Below the pieces are notes generated by a model, which made no database searches, was not told the origin of the DNA, and saw only the letters and a program-made list of their open reading frames with translations. DNA of 64,000 bases, from positions 1 through 64,000 of IMG/VR virus record IMGVR_UViG_3300047170_000049; one strand, written 5' to 3'. Positions 1 through 7,653 of this stretch are shown in pieces (positions within the stretch are counted from its first letter, which is position 1; the number at the start of each line of letters is the position of its first letter). The stretch is from a virus. A program made the translations under genes and the position numbers.

Positions 1-2
1 AC

Positions 3-98
3 GATGAAGATAGATTAGGCGTTGCCGAGTTCACAACACAAGTTTTAGTTAAAATTCCAGATAAGTGTCAGCAATTGGCGAGGCTTTTATATGGATGA
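3..98 (+). CDS. 3' end of a LLYG-tail family protein (truncated by window edge)
   Basis: Manual translation DEDRLGVAEFTTQVLVKIPDKCQQLARLLYG-stop; 8-nt overlap with the ATG at 91. Confidence 0.8.
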   Translation, partial: DEDRLGVAEFTTQVLVKIPDKCQQLARLLYG

Positions 99-342
99 GC
101 CAGTAATTAATCAAGTGTACCACTGCATTCAAGATGGATGTCAAATACTCTTCAAGGTTCTTGCTGCGAATGTTAATGAAGGTAATTGGACCGTGTATGT
201 TTATCGCAATGAACTCATGTCGAAAGGCTTCATTGGTGGTGAGGTGTCAATGTATCCATATGAATGGCAACAATTGCAGGCTGGAATGAGACATATGCGA
301 CCAGAAGAAATGGTTATGATGGAGCTTCTATATGGCGAATGA
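91..342 (+). CDS. small LLYG-tail family protein
   Basis: Ends PEEMVMMELLYGE; coupled to neighbours. Confidence 0.85.
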   Translation: MDEPVINQVYHCIQDGCQILFKVLAANVNEGNWTVYVYRNELMSKGFIGGEVSMYPYEWQQLQAGMRHMRPEEMVMMELLYGE

Positions 343-574
343 TTGGTCATGGGCTGTGACAATTAAGAACATAGTGTTTATTAGCGACCCTCGTGTGAAG
401 AGTCCAATAATTCCAAGATATCAAATGGTCAAGTATCACCACAATTTAATTGGCCAAGCTGAATATAAGGGCAAGACGTTCGCATTAGGTGCCCCAGATG
501 ATTCCTTCATTCTAATGGCGTCCAGGGCTGATGCTAGGGATTTAGTCAATTTAGGGAGATTACTGTTTGAATAA
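332..574 (+). CDS. small LLYG-tail family protein
   Basis: Ends DLVNLGRLLFE; GGAG SD lies in the upstream gene's tail. Confidence 0.85.
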   Translation: MANDWSWAVTIKNIVFISDPRVKSPIIPRYQMVKYHHNLIGQAEYKGKTFALGAPDDSFILMASRADARDLVNLGRLLFE

Positions 575-803
575 GTTCATAAACGGTGATATAATAGTCC
601 AAATAGCGAATGAAGAGAATGATTATAGCTACTTCTTCCGAGTGTTGAACTTTGATGGCAAAGATTATTGGCTAAAAAGCTTCATTCACCATTATAATGG
701 TGATGAAATGAAGGCATTCCCTTCAGGGCAAAAGGGCACAGAGAACTATTGTCGTAAGGCTACGGATGAAGAAGTAGCCATGGTGGAGTTGCTTTATGAA
801 TGA
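567..803 (+). CDS. small LLYG-tail family protein, SH3/KOW-like N-terminus
   Basis: TTG start; begins KFINGDII, ends ATDEEVAMVELLYE. Confidence 0.85.
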   Translation: MNKFINGDIIVQIANEENDYSYFFRVLNFDGKDYWLKSFIHHYNGDEMKAFPSGQKGTENYCRKATDEEVAMVELLYE

Positions 804-1068
804 ATCCACTTGGACTTTAAAATATATTGGGAAGCGCATCTTGTTTAGAAAGATTAAAGAAAATATTGAAGTGTCACCTAAGAAGGTGGGTCAGAAACGC
901 ATTCTATTAGATATAGGCGATATCGTTCGTGTTATCTCTTTAACTGATTGGCGACTGGATTGCATTGTGCGTAAGAATGGTGAGTTGCATGACGTGACTC
1001 TAGATTATCATTGGACTCGTGGGCTTCGTGGTGAAGAGAAAGCCTTGGCAAAGGTGCTATATGGGTAA
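796..1068 (+). CDS. small LLYG-tail family protein
   Basis: Internal DIGDIVRV; ends GEEKALAKVLYG. Confidence 0.85.
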   Translation: MNESTWTLKYIGKRILFRKIKENIEVSPKKVGQKRILLDIGDIVRVISLTDWRLDCIVRKNGELHDVTLDYHWTRGLRGEEKALAKVLYG

Positions 1069-1291
1069 GTGGCATAAAGGCGATAAGGTTGTTTTAAGTG
1101 CTAAAGGACGAAAGTACGGTACGCTTTCTAAACACAAGGACACGATATTTGTTGTGCAAATTGAATGGTCCGATGACACCATAGATTTGACGTATGAAAA
1201 TGGAGCGCCAGCTTACGCTAACATCAAAAAAGGTTTATTCAAGCGACTTAATAAAGACATAGAACAACTGATGAGGCTCTTATATGCCTAA
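1061..1291 (+). CDS. small LLYG-tail family protein (start moved to 1061)
   Basis: Begins MGKWHKGDKVV, ends IEQLMRLLYA; 8-nt overlap start. Confidence 0.85.
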   Translation: MGKWHKGDKVVLSAKGRKYGTLSKHKDTIFVVQIEWSDDTIDLTYENGAPAYANIKKGLFKRLNKDIEQLMRLLYA

Positions 1292-1490
1292 TATTGACCA
1301 CGTTCCTAAAGTTCACTATGGCATATGGGATTTCACTCAAAGCCGTTACCGTACTATATGCCGCCATGAGCTTTACGCTAATGAGAATCTTAGAATCCAA
1401 CGCGAGTCATGGAGGCACGTCACCTGCAAGAAGTGTTTAAAAACATTGGGAAAAGAAGAATATAAGCTTTATACGTTGCTTTACGAATAA
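1284..1490 (+). CDS. LLYG-tail family protein with possible Zn-binding residues
   Basis: H, C and VTCKKC residues; ends KEEYKLYTLLYE. Confidence 0.85.
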   Translation: MPNIDHVPKVHYGIWDFTQSRYRTICRHELYANENLRIQRESWRHVTCKKCLKTLGKEEYKLYTLLYE

Positions 1491-1502
1491 GTGTGGTATT
1501 AT
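1476..1502 (+). promoter_or_regulatory. possible sigma70-type promoter inside the array
   Basis: TTGCTT-N15-TATTAT with extended TG, in the only intergenic gap of the array; spacer is short. Confidence 0.4.
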
Positions 1503-1510
1503 AAATACTT

Positions 1511-1738
1511 ATGAACGTTAAAGAGTTTCAAGATTTATTGCAAGCTAACTCGTTAGCTAGTGAGAATTGGCTAAAGCAGCAATATCAATTGATGGAAAAC
1601 GTTTCATTAATGCGCATGTTTGGTGAGACCGATGACGAGCTTCGTCGCCGTATTAATGTTGAAACACAGATGCGAACGTTAACTCCAGAACAGGCCGATA
1701 AGGTCATTGCCTTAAGGAAATTACTCTATGACTACTGA
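1511..1738 (+). CDS. LLYG-tail family protein, helical body
   Basis: GETDDELRRRI body; ends IALRKLLYDY. Confidence 0.8.
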   Translation: MNVKEFQDLLQANSLASENWLKQQYQLMENVSLMRMFGETDDELRRRINVETQMRTLTPEQADKVIALRKLLYDY

Positions 1739-1985
1739 CTTCTTTAACGGTACGATGTTCTTTGGCAGCATTCCAATGCCAAATATTAAGGGTATGGCAT
1801 CAACACTGCCTTATCCTCCTACAACCCCAGTGAAAGAGATTACATTCTTTAAAGTTGCCGAAAAGACTTTTATGTGCAGAGACAGTGCTGCACACATGAT
1901 GGCCATATTTGGCGATTACACCTATGAGGGAATTGTTCAATTAGTAGATGAAGAGCTTGAACTTTACAGGATGCTTTACGAATGA
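1728..1985 (+). CDS. small LLYG-tail family protein
   Basis: Ends DEELELYRMLYE. Confidence 0.85.
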   Translation: MTTDFFNGTMFFGSIPMPNIKGMASTLPYPPTTPVKEITFFKVAEKTFMCRDSAAHMMAIFGDYTYEGIVQLVDEELELYRMLYE

Positions 1986-2278
1986 GTGGGCCACAAGCTT
2001 ACGACGATAAGTTTGCCGTAGGCGATTACTTCGTTTACTACTCCACAAAGACCACAGAGCCTCAGTTTGTATGTGGTAAAATCACTAAGTTTGACGGTGA
2101 GCAATGGTATTTTGATTTTATTGATGCCAACGACGAATGGAAGCTCCACAACTATTTCCCAATGACTCCTGAAGTACATCGCTGGCACATACAGAGTCCA
2201 TTCTATCAAGAAGCATTCGTAGTGACCAAAGATGAAATGGAAAGATTCTCAAACCTATACAAGGTGCTCTATGCGTGA
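1982..2278 (+). CDS. LLYG-tail family protein, SH3/KOW-like N-terminus
   Basis: KFAVGDYF; ends FSNLYKVLYA. Confidence 0.85.
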   Translation: MSGPQAYDDKFAVGDYFVYYSTKTTEPQFVCGKITKFDGEQWYFDFIDANDEWKLHNYFPMTPEVHRWHIQSPFYQEAFVVTKDEMERFSNLYKVLYA

Positions 2279-2492
2279 ATGGGAAGTAGGCGACTGCTTT
2301 AAATACTTTGATGTGTTTATTTTTGTTGACCACATTGATTACGAAACTAAAGAGGTTAGGTTGACCAATGCCTTTGGTGGTTCAAGTATAGGCAAGCTTC
2401 ACGATGTTGCAGCACTTGCAGGTTACGGTCCAGAAACGTATCAGCTTTTAAGTAAAGGCGAAGCTTACCTTGCGAGGCTGTTATATGGCTAA
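2271..2492 (+). CDS. LLYG-tail family protein (start moved to 2271)
   Basis: Begins MREWEVGDCF, ends SKGEAYLARLLYG. Confidence 0.85.
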   Translation: MREWEVGDCFKYFDVFIFVDHIDYETKEVRLTNAFGGSSIGKLHDVAALAGYGPETYQLLSKGEAYLARLLYG

Positions 2493-2697
2493 GTACGCTA
2501 TAATCACTAAGCAAACGTGGGTTCACGCAGGTAGATGGATTATGCCTGGTGAAGTATTTAGAATGGTAAGATTGAAACGAGAAGGTAATAATATCCAGGG
2601 CTTAAAGATTGGCCACAACGTGTGCGCAGTTCGCAAAGAGTTTTATAAGACCTTGGATAAAAATGAGAATGAATTAGCGGAGTTACTCTATGACTGA
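2485..2697 (+). CDS. LLYG-tail family protein (start moved to 2485)
   Basis: Begins MAKYAII, ends NENELAELLYD. Confidence 0.85.
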   Translation: MAKYAIITKQTWVHAGRWIMPGEVFRMVRLKREGNNIQGLKIGHNVCAVRKEFYKTLDKNENELAELLYD

Positions 2698-3004
2698 CTT
2701 CCAGGTAGGCCAATGGGTTGTTTCTAAGAGCTTTGACGAATGGTACAACTTAGCTGCCAATATGCAGAATTTTGACCCAATAAACGCCAAAGAATGGTAT
2801 GATTTGGAATGGCCTAAAAACGTATTGAAAATAACCAAAGTAAGAGAAGCTGACCAATACGACGATGAAGGTACTGCAGCGGTATCTCCGTTCTTATATT
2901 TTGAAGGCTACGATAAGGATTGGAAGCAAGTGGGCTATTCATACCGTTGCTTTCGCCATTTAACCACGGAAGAGCAAGATTTAATGGATGTGTTGTTTGG
3001 GTAA
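2690..3004 (+). CDS. LLYG-tail family protein
   Basis: DFQVGQWVV; ends TTEEQDLMDVLFG; resembles 4169..4525. Confidence 0.85.
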   Translation: MTDFQVGQWVVSKSFDEWYNLAANMQNFDPINAKEWYDLEWPKNVLKITKVREADQYDDEGTAAVSPFLYFEGYDKDWKQVGYSYRCFRHLTTEEQDLMDVLFG

Positions 3005-3257
3005 GAAAGCGGTCCAAATGGGATTCGTTAGAATTACACAAGACTCTGAATACATCAATTCTTATAAGAAGGGGCAAATTAGTAGGCTCTACACTTCTGA
3101 AGATGATGATGGTGACCGAACCTATCACGTCATTGGTAAGTTTATTAAAATTCAAGGAAGTGGGAAGCCTTTATACCAAGGACTCCCAATACGACGCCAA
3201 GACTTTGAAGAGCTTACGGGTGACGAGTTAAAGCTAGCGGAGTTGATTTATGGTTGA
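2997..3257 (+). CDS. LLYG-tail family protein (TTG start at 2997)
   Basis: Ends TGDELKLAELIYG; 8-nt overlap start. Confidence 0.8.
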   Translation: MGKKAVQMGFVRITQDSEYINSYKKGQISRLYTSEDDDGDRTYHVIGKFIKIQGSGKPLYQGLPIRRQDFEELTGDELKLAELIYG

Positions 3258-3498
3258 GCACGTTTCATTTGGTAAATTGCCAAGCCGATATTACAAGTGC
3301 CTATTAGGTACGCATGGCTTTAACATGCTTAAAGCTTACGACTTTGACACACAAACCAATCAATACATCTTCAAGGTAATAGGAACTGGAATACGCCAGT
3401 GGCGTGATGAGTATTACACATTAGAGTCCATCTCAAGGTCAGGTTTTGATAAGATATCCTCAGAAGAGTATCACTTAGCGGAGTTGCTCTATGGGTAG
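3250..3498 (+). CDS. LLYG-tail family protein
   Basis: Ends SSEEYHLAELLYG. Confidence 0.85.
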   Translation: MVEHVSFGKLPSRYYKCLLGTHGFNMLKAYDFDTQTNQYIFKVIGTGIRQWRDEYYTLESISRSGFDKISSEEYHLAELLYG

Positions 3499-3757
3499 GA
3501 AGTTTGATATAGGTGACATTGTGACCGATGACGGTAAGTACCGCTGGGTGGTGATTACCGATAATCCATTAAAAGAAGATTTGAGCGACATTTGGGTTCT
3601 TCCTTACTCATCTAGACTAGAAACTTACGGAATGATTGGAATTTCCAATGGTAATTTTGGTGCTAAGTGGATGCACATGGCTGAGAACTTAGAACACGCA
3701 CGTTCACACCCAGGAGATAAAGCCCTTAAAGAATTAGTAGTGTTATTGTATGGATAA
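3491..3757 (+). CDS. LLYG-tail family protein
   Basis: KFDIGDIV; ends LKELVVLLYG. Confidence 0.85.
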   Translation: MGRKFDIGDIVTDDGKYRWVVITDNPLKEDLSDIWVLPYSSRLETYGMIGISNGNFGAKWMHMAENLEHARSHPGDKALKELVVLLYG

Positions 3758-3962
3758 GTACAAAGTGGGTGATATATTTAAAAGCAAGAATTCTGCCACT
3801 AAAGGGTTCTTTGTGTTGCGGTTTATTAATACACGGACGGCTAGCGTAGAGTGGGACCAGGATAGCAATGTGGGCGAAGTAATGCCTGTAAACAATTTGT
3901 TTGTTTGGTACAGGAAGCTAAATCCAGAAGAGATTATTGCCTATAACGTGCTTTATGGATGA
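3750..3962 (+). CDS. LLYG-tail family protein
   Basis: KYKVGDIF; ends PEEIIAYNVLYG. Confidence 0.85.
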   Translation: MDKYKVGDIFKSKNSATKGFFVLRFINTRTASVEWDQDSNVGEVMPVNNLFVWYRKLNPEEIIAYNVLYG

Positions 3963-4176
3963 TTTTAAAGTGGGTGATTGGATTAAACTACCACGCGGTG
4001 CTGTTGCAAAAATTCATGCGATTGAAATGCCTTACTTTTATTACACATTGGCCATGACCACTTCTTTAAATCCAAACCTAAGAAGGTCAGGTTTCAAAGA
4101 TTTATCCCATTTTTATAGGCACACGATAAAGCTCGAAGGCATTGAATTAGAAATAGCGAAGCTTCTCTATGATTGA
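3955..4176 (+). CDS. LLYG-tail family protein (start moved to 3955)
   Basis: Begins MDDFKVGDWI, ends IELEIAKLLYD. Confidence 0.85.
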   Translation: MDDFKVGDWIKLPRGAVAKIHAIEMPYFYYTLAMTTSLNPNLRRSGFKDLSHFYRHTIKLEGIELEIAKLLYD

Positions 4177-4525
4177 TTACACCGTTGGCGACTATGTTAT
4201 GCCCATTAGCTTACAAGAATGGAAAGACCTTTGCCATAAGGTTGAAGACCGCATATTTACCGATGCTGAAGAAGACAATTATTACTACGACGAATACCCT
4301 CAACACCCTGTCAAAGTTTTAAGACTTACGCCACCAAGACCCGACATAGTACCTGAAGACCCATGGCGTGAGTATTGGGAAGTTCACATTCAAATGACTA
4401 AAGAAGACGTTCATCAGGAAGATGTGTATGATGATGGCACTTACGGTTGGGACTTATTCATAGCCGATGCGTTTCGTAAGGCGACTGAAGAAGAGTTGAG
4501 ATTGTACAGGATTCTATTCCAATGA
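4169..4525 (+). CDS. LLYG-tail family protein, acidic
   Basis: DYTVGDYV; ends ATEEELRLYRILFQ. Confidence 0.85.
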   Translation: MIDYTVGDYVMPISLQEWKDLCHKVEDRIFTDAEEDNYYYDEYPQHPVKVLRLTPPRPDIVPEDPWREYWEVHIQMTKEDVHQEDVYDDGTYGWDLFIADAFRKATEEELRLYRILFQ

Positions 4526-4761
4526 AATTTCAAGAAGGTCGTTATTACAAATACACCAACGGCGACAACTACACGGCATTCTTCCAAGTTGCTGGAGATA
4601 ATACGAGGCGCTTTCGTATTAAACGATTTATGGAAATAAATCCTATTGGCATAGAATCATCAATGACTGGTCAATTCATTGAATATAATAGTCCGCTGTG
4701 GATTCACTCCATAGAAGTGGACAAGGACGAAGTAAAGCTGGCAGAGCTTTTATTCTTATGA
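4522..4761 (+). CDS. LLYG-tail family protein, last of the array
   Basis: KFQEGRYY; ends KDEVKLAELLFL. Confidence 0.85.
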   Translation: MKFQEGRYYKYTNGDNYTAFFQVAGDNTRRFRIKRFMEINPIGIESSMTGQFIEYNSPLWIHSIEVDKDEVKLAELLFL

Positions 4762-4771
4762 AAGATACTTA

Positions 4772-5233
4772 TTAAATAAGATTGAGTGACGAGCCGTTCT
4801 TCTGGGTGGATAGCTCATTTTGCATGAAAATCCCAATGAAGTTGGCCGTGAATGAAATGATGTCTTTAGCGTTCATAGACCATGAATCAGCAATGAACAT
4901 CGCTTGATAGATGGTTACGATAGAAGCACCTGATAGACGGTCAATGATTTCAATAGAAACGTATTGTTGATTGAAGTAATCACTCACACTGGATGCGTTC
5001 ATGATGTGGGCTCCATCGAGCCCACCTGAACCACGCATACGAAAGCCTGACATTGTGCCCGTGCATTGGTATGGGCCAGCTAATGCAATCTCTGCCGCAA
5101 ATGGTGAGTCAATGCCAGTGATAACCTTGGCCCCAACTGTGCGTTGATATGTGATAGACGTAGCGAAACCCACGACATTGCCGTTGATTTTAACCACTAC
5201 ACCTGCGCCTGTTTGTCTTTGTTGTAAACTCAT
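4772..5233 (-). CDS. tail-tube-like protein (tube initiator / baseplate tube paralogue)
   Basis: 153 aa beta-rich; pattern parallels the tube gene 50405..50890 (IEIIDRLSG vs IQIVDRQTG); end of baseplate operon. Confidence 0.65.
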   Translation of the reverse strand: MSLQQRQTGAGVVVKINGNVVGFATSITYQRTVGAKVITGIDSPFAAEIALAGPYQCTGTMSGFRMRGSGGLDGAHIMNASSVSDYFNQQYVSIEIIDRLSGASIVTIYQAMFIADSWSMNAKDIISFTANFIGIFMQNELSTQKNGSSLNLI

Positions 5234-5234
5234 C

Positions 5235-5492
5235 TTACTTACCTGTTAGCATGTCCAATAGATTGGACTCGTCTTCAGTTAATGCTCTAATACGACCGTC
5301 ATGTAGTCGCTTGATAAATCCCACTAGGTCTGTAGACATGGTGACCTTCACCGTCCAACTTCGCTTCATGTGGTAGAATGGGATTATCTCCACATGATTA
5401 TCTGAGTGTTGCCATACGTTTACGAGCATGTCGTATTCGGTAGACCACATGATACCAATGAACTCATTCACTGCAGTCCAGCGCTGATGCAC
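5235..5492 (-). CDS. divergent LLYG-tail family protein in the baseplate operon
   Basis: Ends LTEDESNLLDMLTGK; fills the gap between two structural genes. Confidence 0.65.
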   Translation of the reverse strand: MHQRWTAVNEFIGIMWSTEYDMLVNVWQHSDNHVEIIPFYHMKRSWTVKVTMSTDLVGFIKRLHDGRIRALTEDESNLLDMLTGK

Positions 5493-5495
5493 GGG

Positions 5496-7091
5496 TTAAC
5501 TCAAATCAGGACCGTAGTCGCCCACGATGTTGTTCATTCCAGGTCCGTTGGGATAAACGACGATGATGTTAAGAAATATGCCCGATGCCGATAAGGAGTT
5601 GATTAAGTTGATGGCTTGTTGACGGCCTTCGACTGTGCCCGTGACGTAAAATCCATAATCATCGCCATTGGTGTCAGGGATGTAGGGTTGACGTTGGAAA
5701 ATTAGAGTCATGTCAGAGCTATGGGACTTCTGAAACTTATATGATGGGTCGAGTAATATCGTACCAGATGAGGGCCTAGAGAAGTAACGAACTGGACCTT
5801 CTTGGTTTGAAGTGCCGTAATCGAATACAACGTAGTTTTCACCATCAGGGAAGATATTAGCGTTTTGCACGTTAACGATGGTGTAGACCTGACCTGCTTC
5901 AATGTTTTGGTTTAGTTGTGTGTAGGTCTCAGTAATACTGAAACCATGCTTGGGGTCGAACAAGTATGGGCCATAGTAAGGCTCAGTTGGGTCTGGAGTC
6001 ATGCCATGCAAGTGCGCTGAACCAATTAAAGTTCGCTTAACAATTTGTGTGGTAGCAGGCAAGAAACAAACAACTTCATAAGGGTTAACTTCATAGACTG
6101 AAGCGTAACGAGGCTGTTGTTGTATTACGTTGCGAATGGGCTTAAAGAACGTAACGTCTTGTGGGCTAGCTAATGTCACAGGCCCTTGAAGACTAAACGC
6201 TGGGTTTTGGATTTCAAAGAATGAATTACCAATGCTACCTGAAGTTACATCAATAATCGTATAAGAACCCTGGTTATTAGGTAAGAAGCCTGAACCAAAT
6301 AAGTTAACATAATCTCCACTCGAAATGAATTGTAAGCTAGGGTCTGGGCCACCAGTCCAAGTGAATCGAACGTTAGAGCCCACGATGCTAGAAGTAAATG
6401 TCGTGCCCACTAATTGGGTTGTAGGTCTGAGTTCAGGGAAGTCGATGTAGTTCTGGGCATTCCCACCAGTGATAGTAATGGATGACTTAGGCCCACGCGT
6501 ACCGCTAATTATTTGCACATAAGTCTTATTGACGGTCGTATCGAGGTAAGTTGTGGCTGTTAACGAGTAATCGCTATTGAATGCAGTTTGGGAAATAACG
6601 TTAGCTATCTCTAAAGCCGTGGCATTAGTGATGTCATTGAAATTGCCAGCGTTGAATGTGACAATTAATGGGACGGGGTTATTGTCCTGAAGGATTTGTA
6701 GGGTCATGCCATCTTGTAAGTGGAATGGTTCAGCTAATACGGATGTGGTATTAGCTTTGATTGCAGTCTCACCGTAGAATAGCTCTAAGATTTCAAGGAA
6801 GATGTTTGAGATGAGCTTATTGTTCGTAACGTCAACGGCAAGTTGAGCAAAGGTTGGGTCATCAATACCAACACCTGCAGGACGAGTAACGCCCATGCCT
6901 GAAGCAATACGGTCTAAGAATTGGCCTGTAGCTGTAGCTAAGAAGAGATTATCTTTGACGGCAAGGATGTTCGACTGGTTGGCATCATCGCCAGCACTAA
7001 TGGCAGCAATCACAGCATCGACGAACTTACCCTTCAATGCGGGATTGAGGAACTGACGGACTTGTTTTTCTCTTGGTGTGATATTAGCCAT
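5496..7091 (-). CDS. baseplate wedge protein (P2 gpI-like N-terminus)
   Basis: FLATATGQFLDRIASGMGVTRP motif; follows the gpJ-like gene; beta-rich. Confidence 0.7.
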   Translation of the reverse strand: MANITPREKQVRQFLNPALKGKFVDAVIAAISAGDDANQSNILAVKDNLFLATATGQFLDRIASGMGVTRPAGVGIDDPTFAQLAVDVTNNKLISNIFLEILELFYGETAIKANTTSVLAEPFHLQDGMTLQILQDNNPVPLIVTFNAGNFNDITNATALEIANVISQTAFNSDYSLTATTYLDTTVNKTYVQIISGTRGPKSSITITGGNAQNYIDFPELRPTTQLVGTTFTSSIVGSNVRFTWTGGPDPSLQFISSGDYVNLFGSGFLPNNQGSYTIIDVTSGSIGNSFFEIQNPAFSLQGPVTLASPQDVTFFKPIRNVIQQQPRYASVYEVNPYEVVCFLPATTQIVKRTLIGSAHLHGMTPDPTEPYYGPYLFDPKHGFSITETYTQLNQNIEAGQVYTIVNVQNANIFPDGENYVVFDYGTSNQEGPVRYFSRPSSGTILLDPSYKFQKSHSSDMTLIFQRQPYIPDTNGDDYGFYVTGTVEGRQQAINLINSLSASGIFLNIIVVYPNGPGMNNIVGDYGPDLS

Positions 7092-7344
7092 ATAAAATCT
7101 TGATTAACTCTGCTTCTTCGTTTTTAAGTCTGCGATAAAACAATTCAACTATGGAGTAAGCTTCTTCGGATGGTACTTCATCTTCCATGCCGACTATTGA
7201 ATAGACGTAAGCTTCACGCTGCACTTCTAGTATTTCAATAATCCACAACGGAATCATTACTTGGCGATAATCTTGAAACCCAAAGTCAAAAAAGCTTTCG
7301 TCCAGGGTTAAGTAATCGCCAACTTTGTAAAGCGGCCTACTCAT
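7084..7344 (-). CDS. LLYG-tail family protein in the baseplate operon
   Basis: LYKVGDYL; ends NEEAELIKILYG; its TAT-GGC supplies the ATG of 5496..7091. Confidence 0.85.
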   Translation of the reverse strand: MSRPLYKVGDYLTLDESFFDFGFQDYRQVMIPLWIIEILEVQREAYVYSIVGMEDEVPSEEAYSIVELFYRRLKNEEAELIKILYG

Positions 7345-7567
7345 ACAACAAAGCCACTAGCCTACGTTCATCTGAACTTAAGGGCTTGGCATTTGTTTCG
7401 AGTTCTTCTGTATCGTTAGCCGCTACTGGAGTCATATCGTAATCATCGGTTCCAACGTAGTGCCATGAATACCAAGGCGTTAGCCCACCTGAATGATATG
7501 CTTCAATGCGTATTAGTTTCTCACCGTTACGATTGAGCTTTAAGAATGTTCCAGGTGCGAATCTCAT
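7337..7567 (-). CDS. LLYG-tail family protein in the baseplate operon
   Basis: RFAPGTFL; ends SSDERRLVALLYE. Confidence 0.85.
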   Translation of the reverse strand: MRFAPGTFLKLNRNGEKLIRIEAYHSGGLTPWYSWHYVGTDDYDMTPVAANDTEELETNAKPLSSDERRLVALLYE

Positions 7568-7653
7568 CTATGTCTCGTAATCATTTTGATTCTAATGACG
7601 GTGTAGCAAATAGCCACAACACTCCAGAATCCAGCCCATGCTAAATCGTGCAT
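7564..7653 (-). CDS. 29-aa hydrophobic peptide (not in ORF track)
   Basis: MHDLAWAGFWSVVAICYTVIRIKMITRHR; TAATG overlap upstream and ATGA overlap downstream. Confidence 0.6.
   Translation of the reverse strand: MHDLAWAGFWSVVAICYTVIRIKMITRHR

Noticed and set aside
1019-3954. Longer 5' starts in the ORF track (1019, 2232, 2470, 2988, 3937; likewise 18305, 24565, 25924, 38340, 41790, 47109, 55653)
   Set aside because: The extensions overlap upstream genes or promoters; internal starts have an SD or the recurrent short overlap.
1-4761. CRISPR array, integron attC array or DGR as an explanation for the small-gene array
   Set aside because: No identical nucleotide repeats, palindromic attC sites or intergenic spacers; genes overlap directly; no integrase, Cas or reverse transcriptase in the window.
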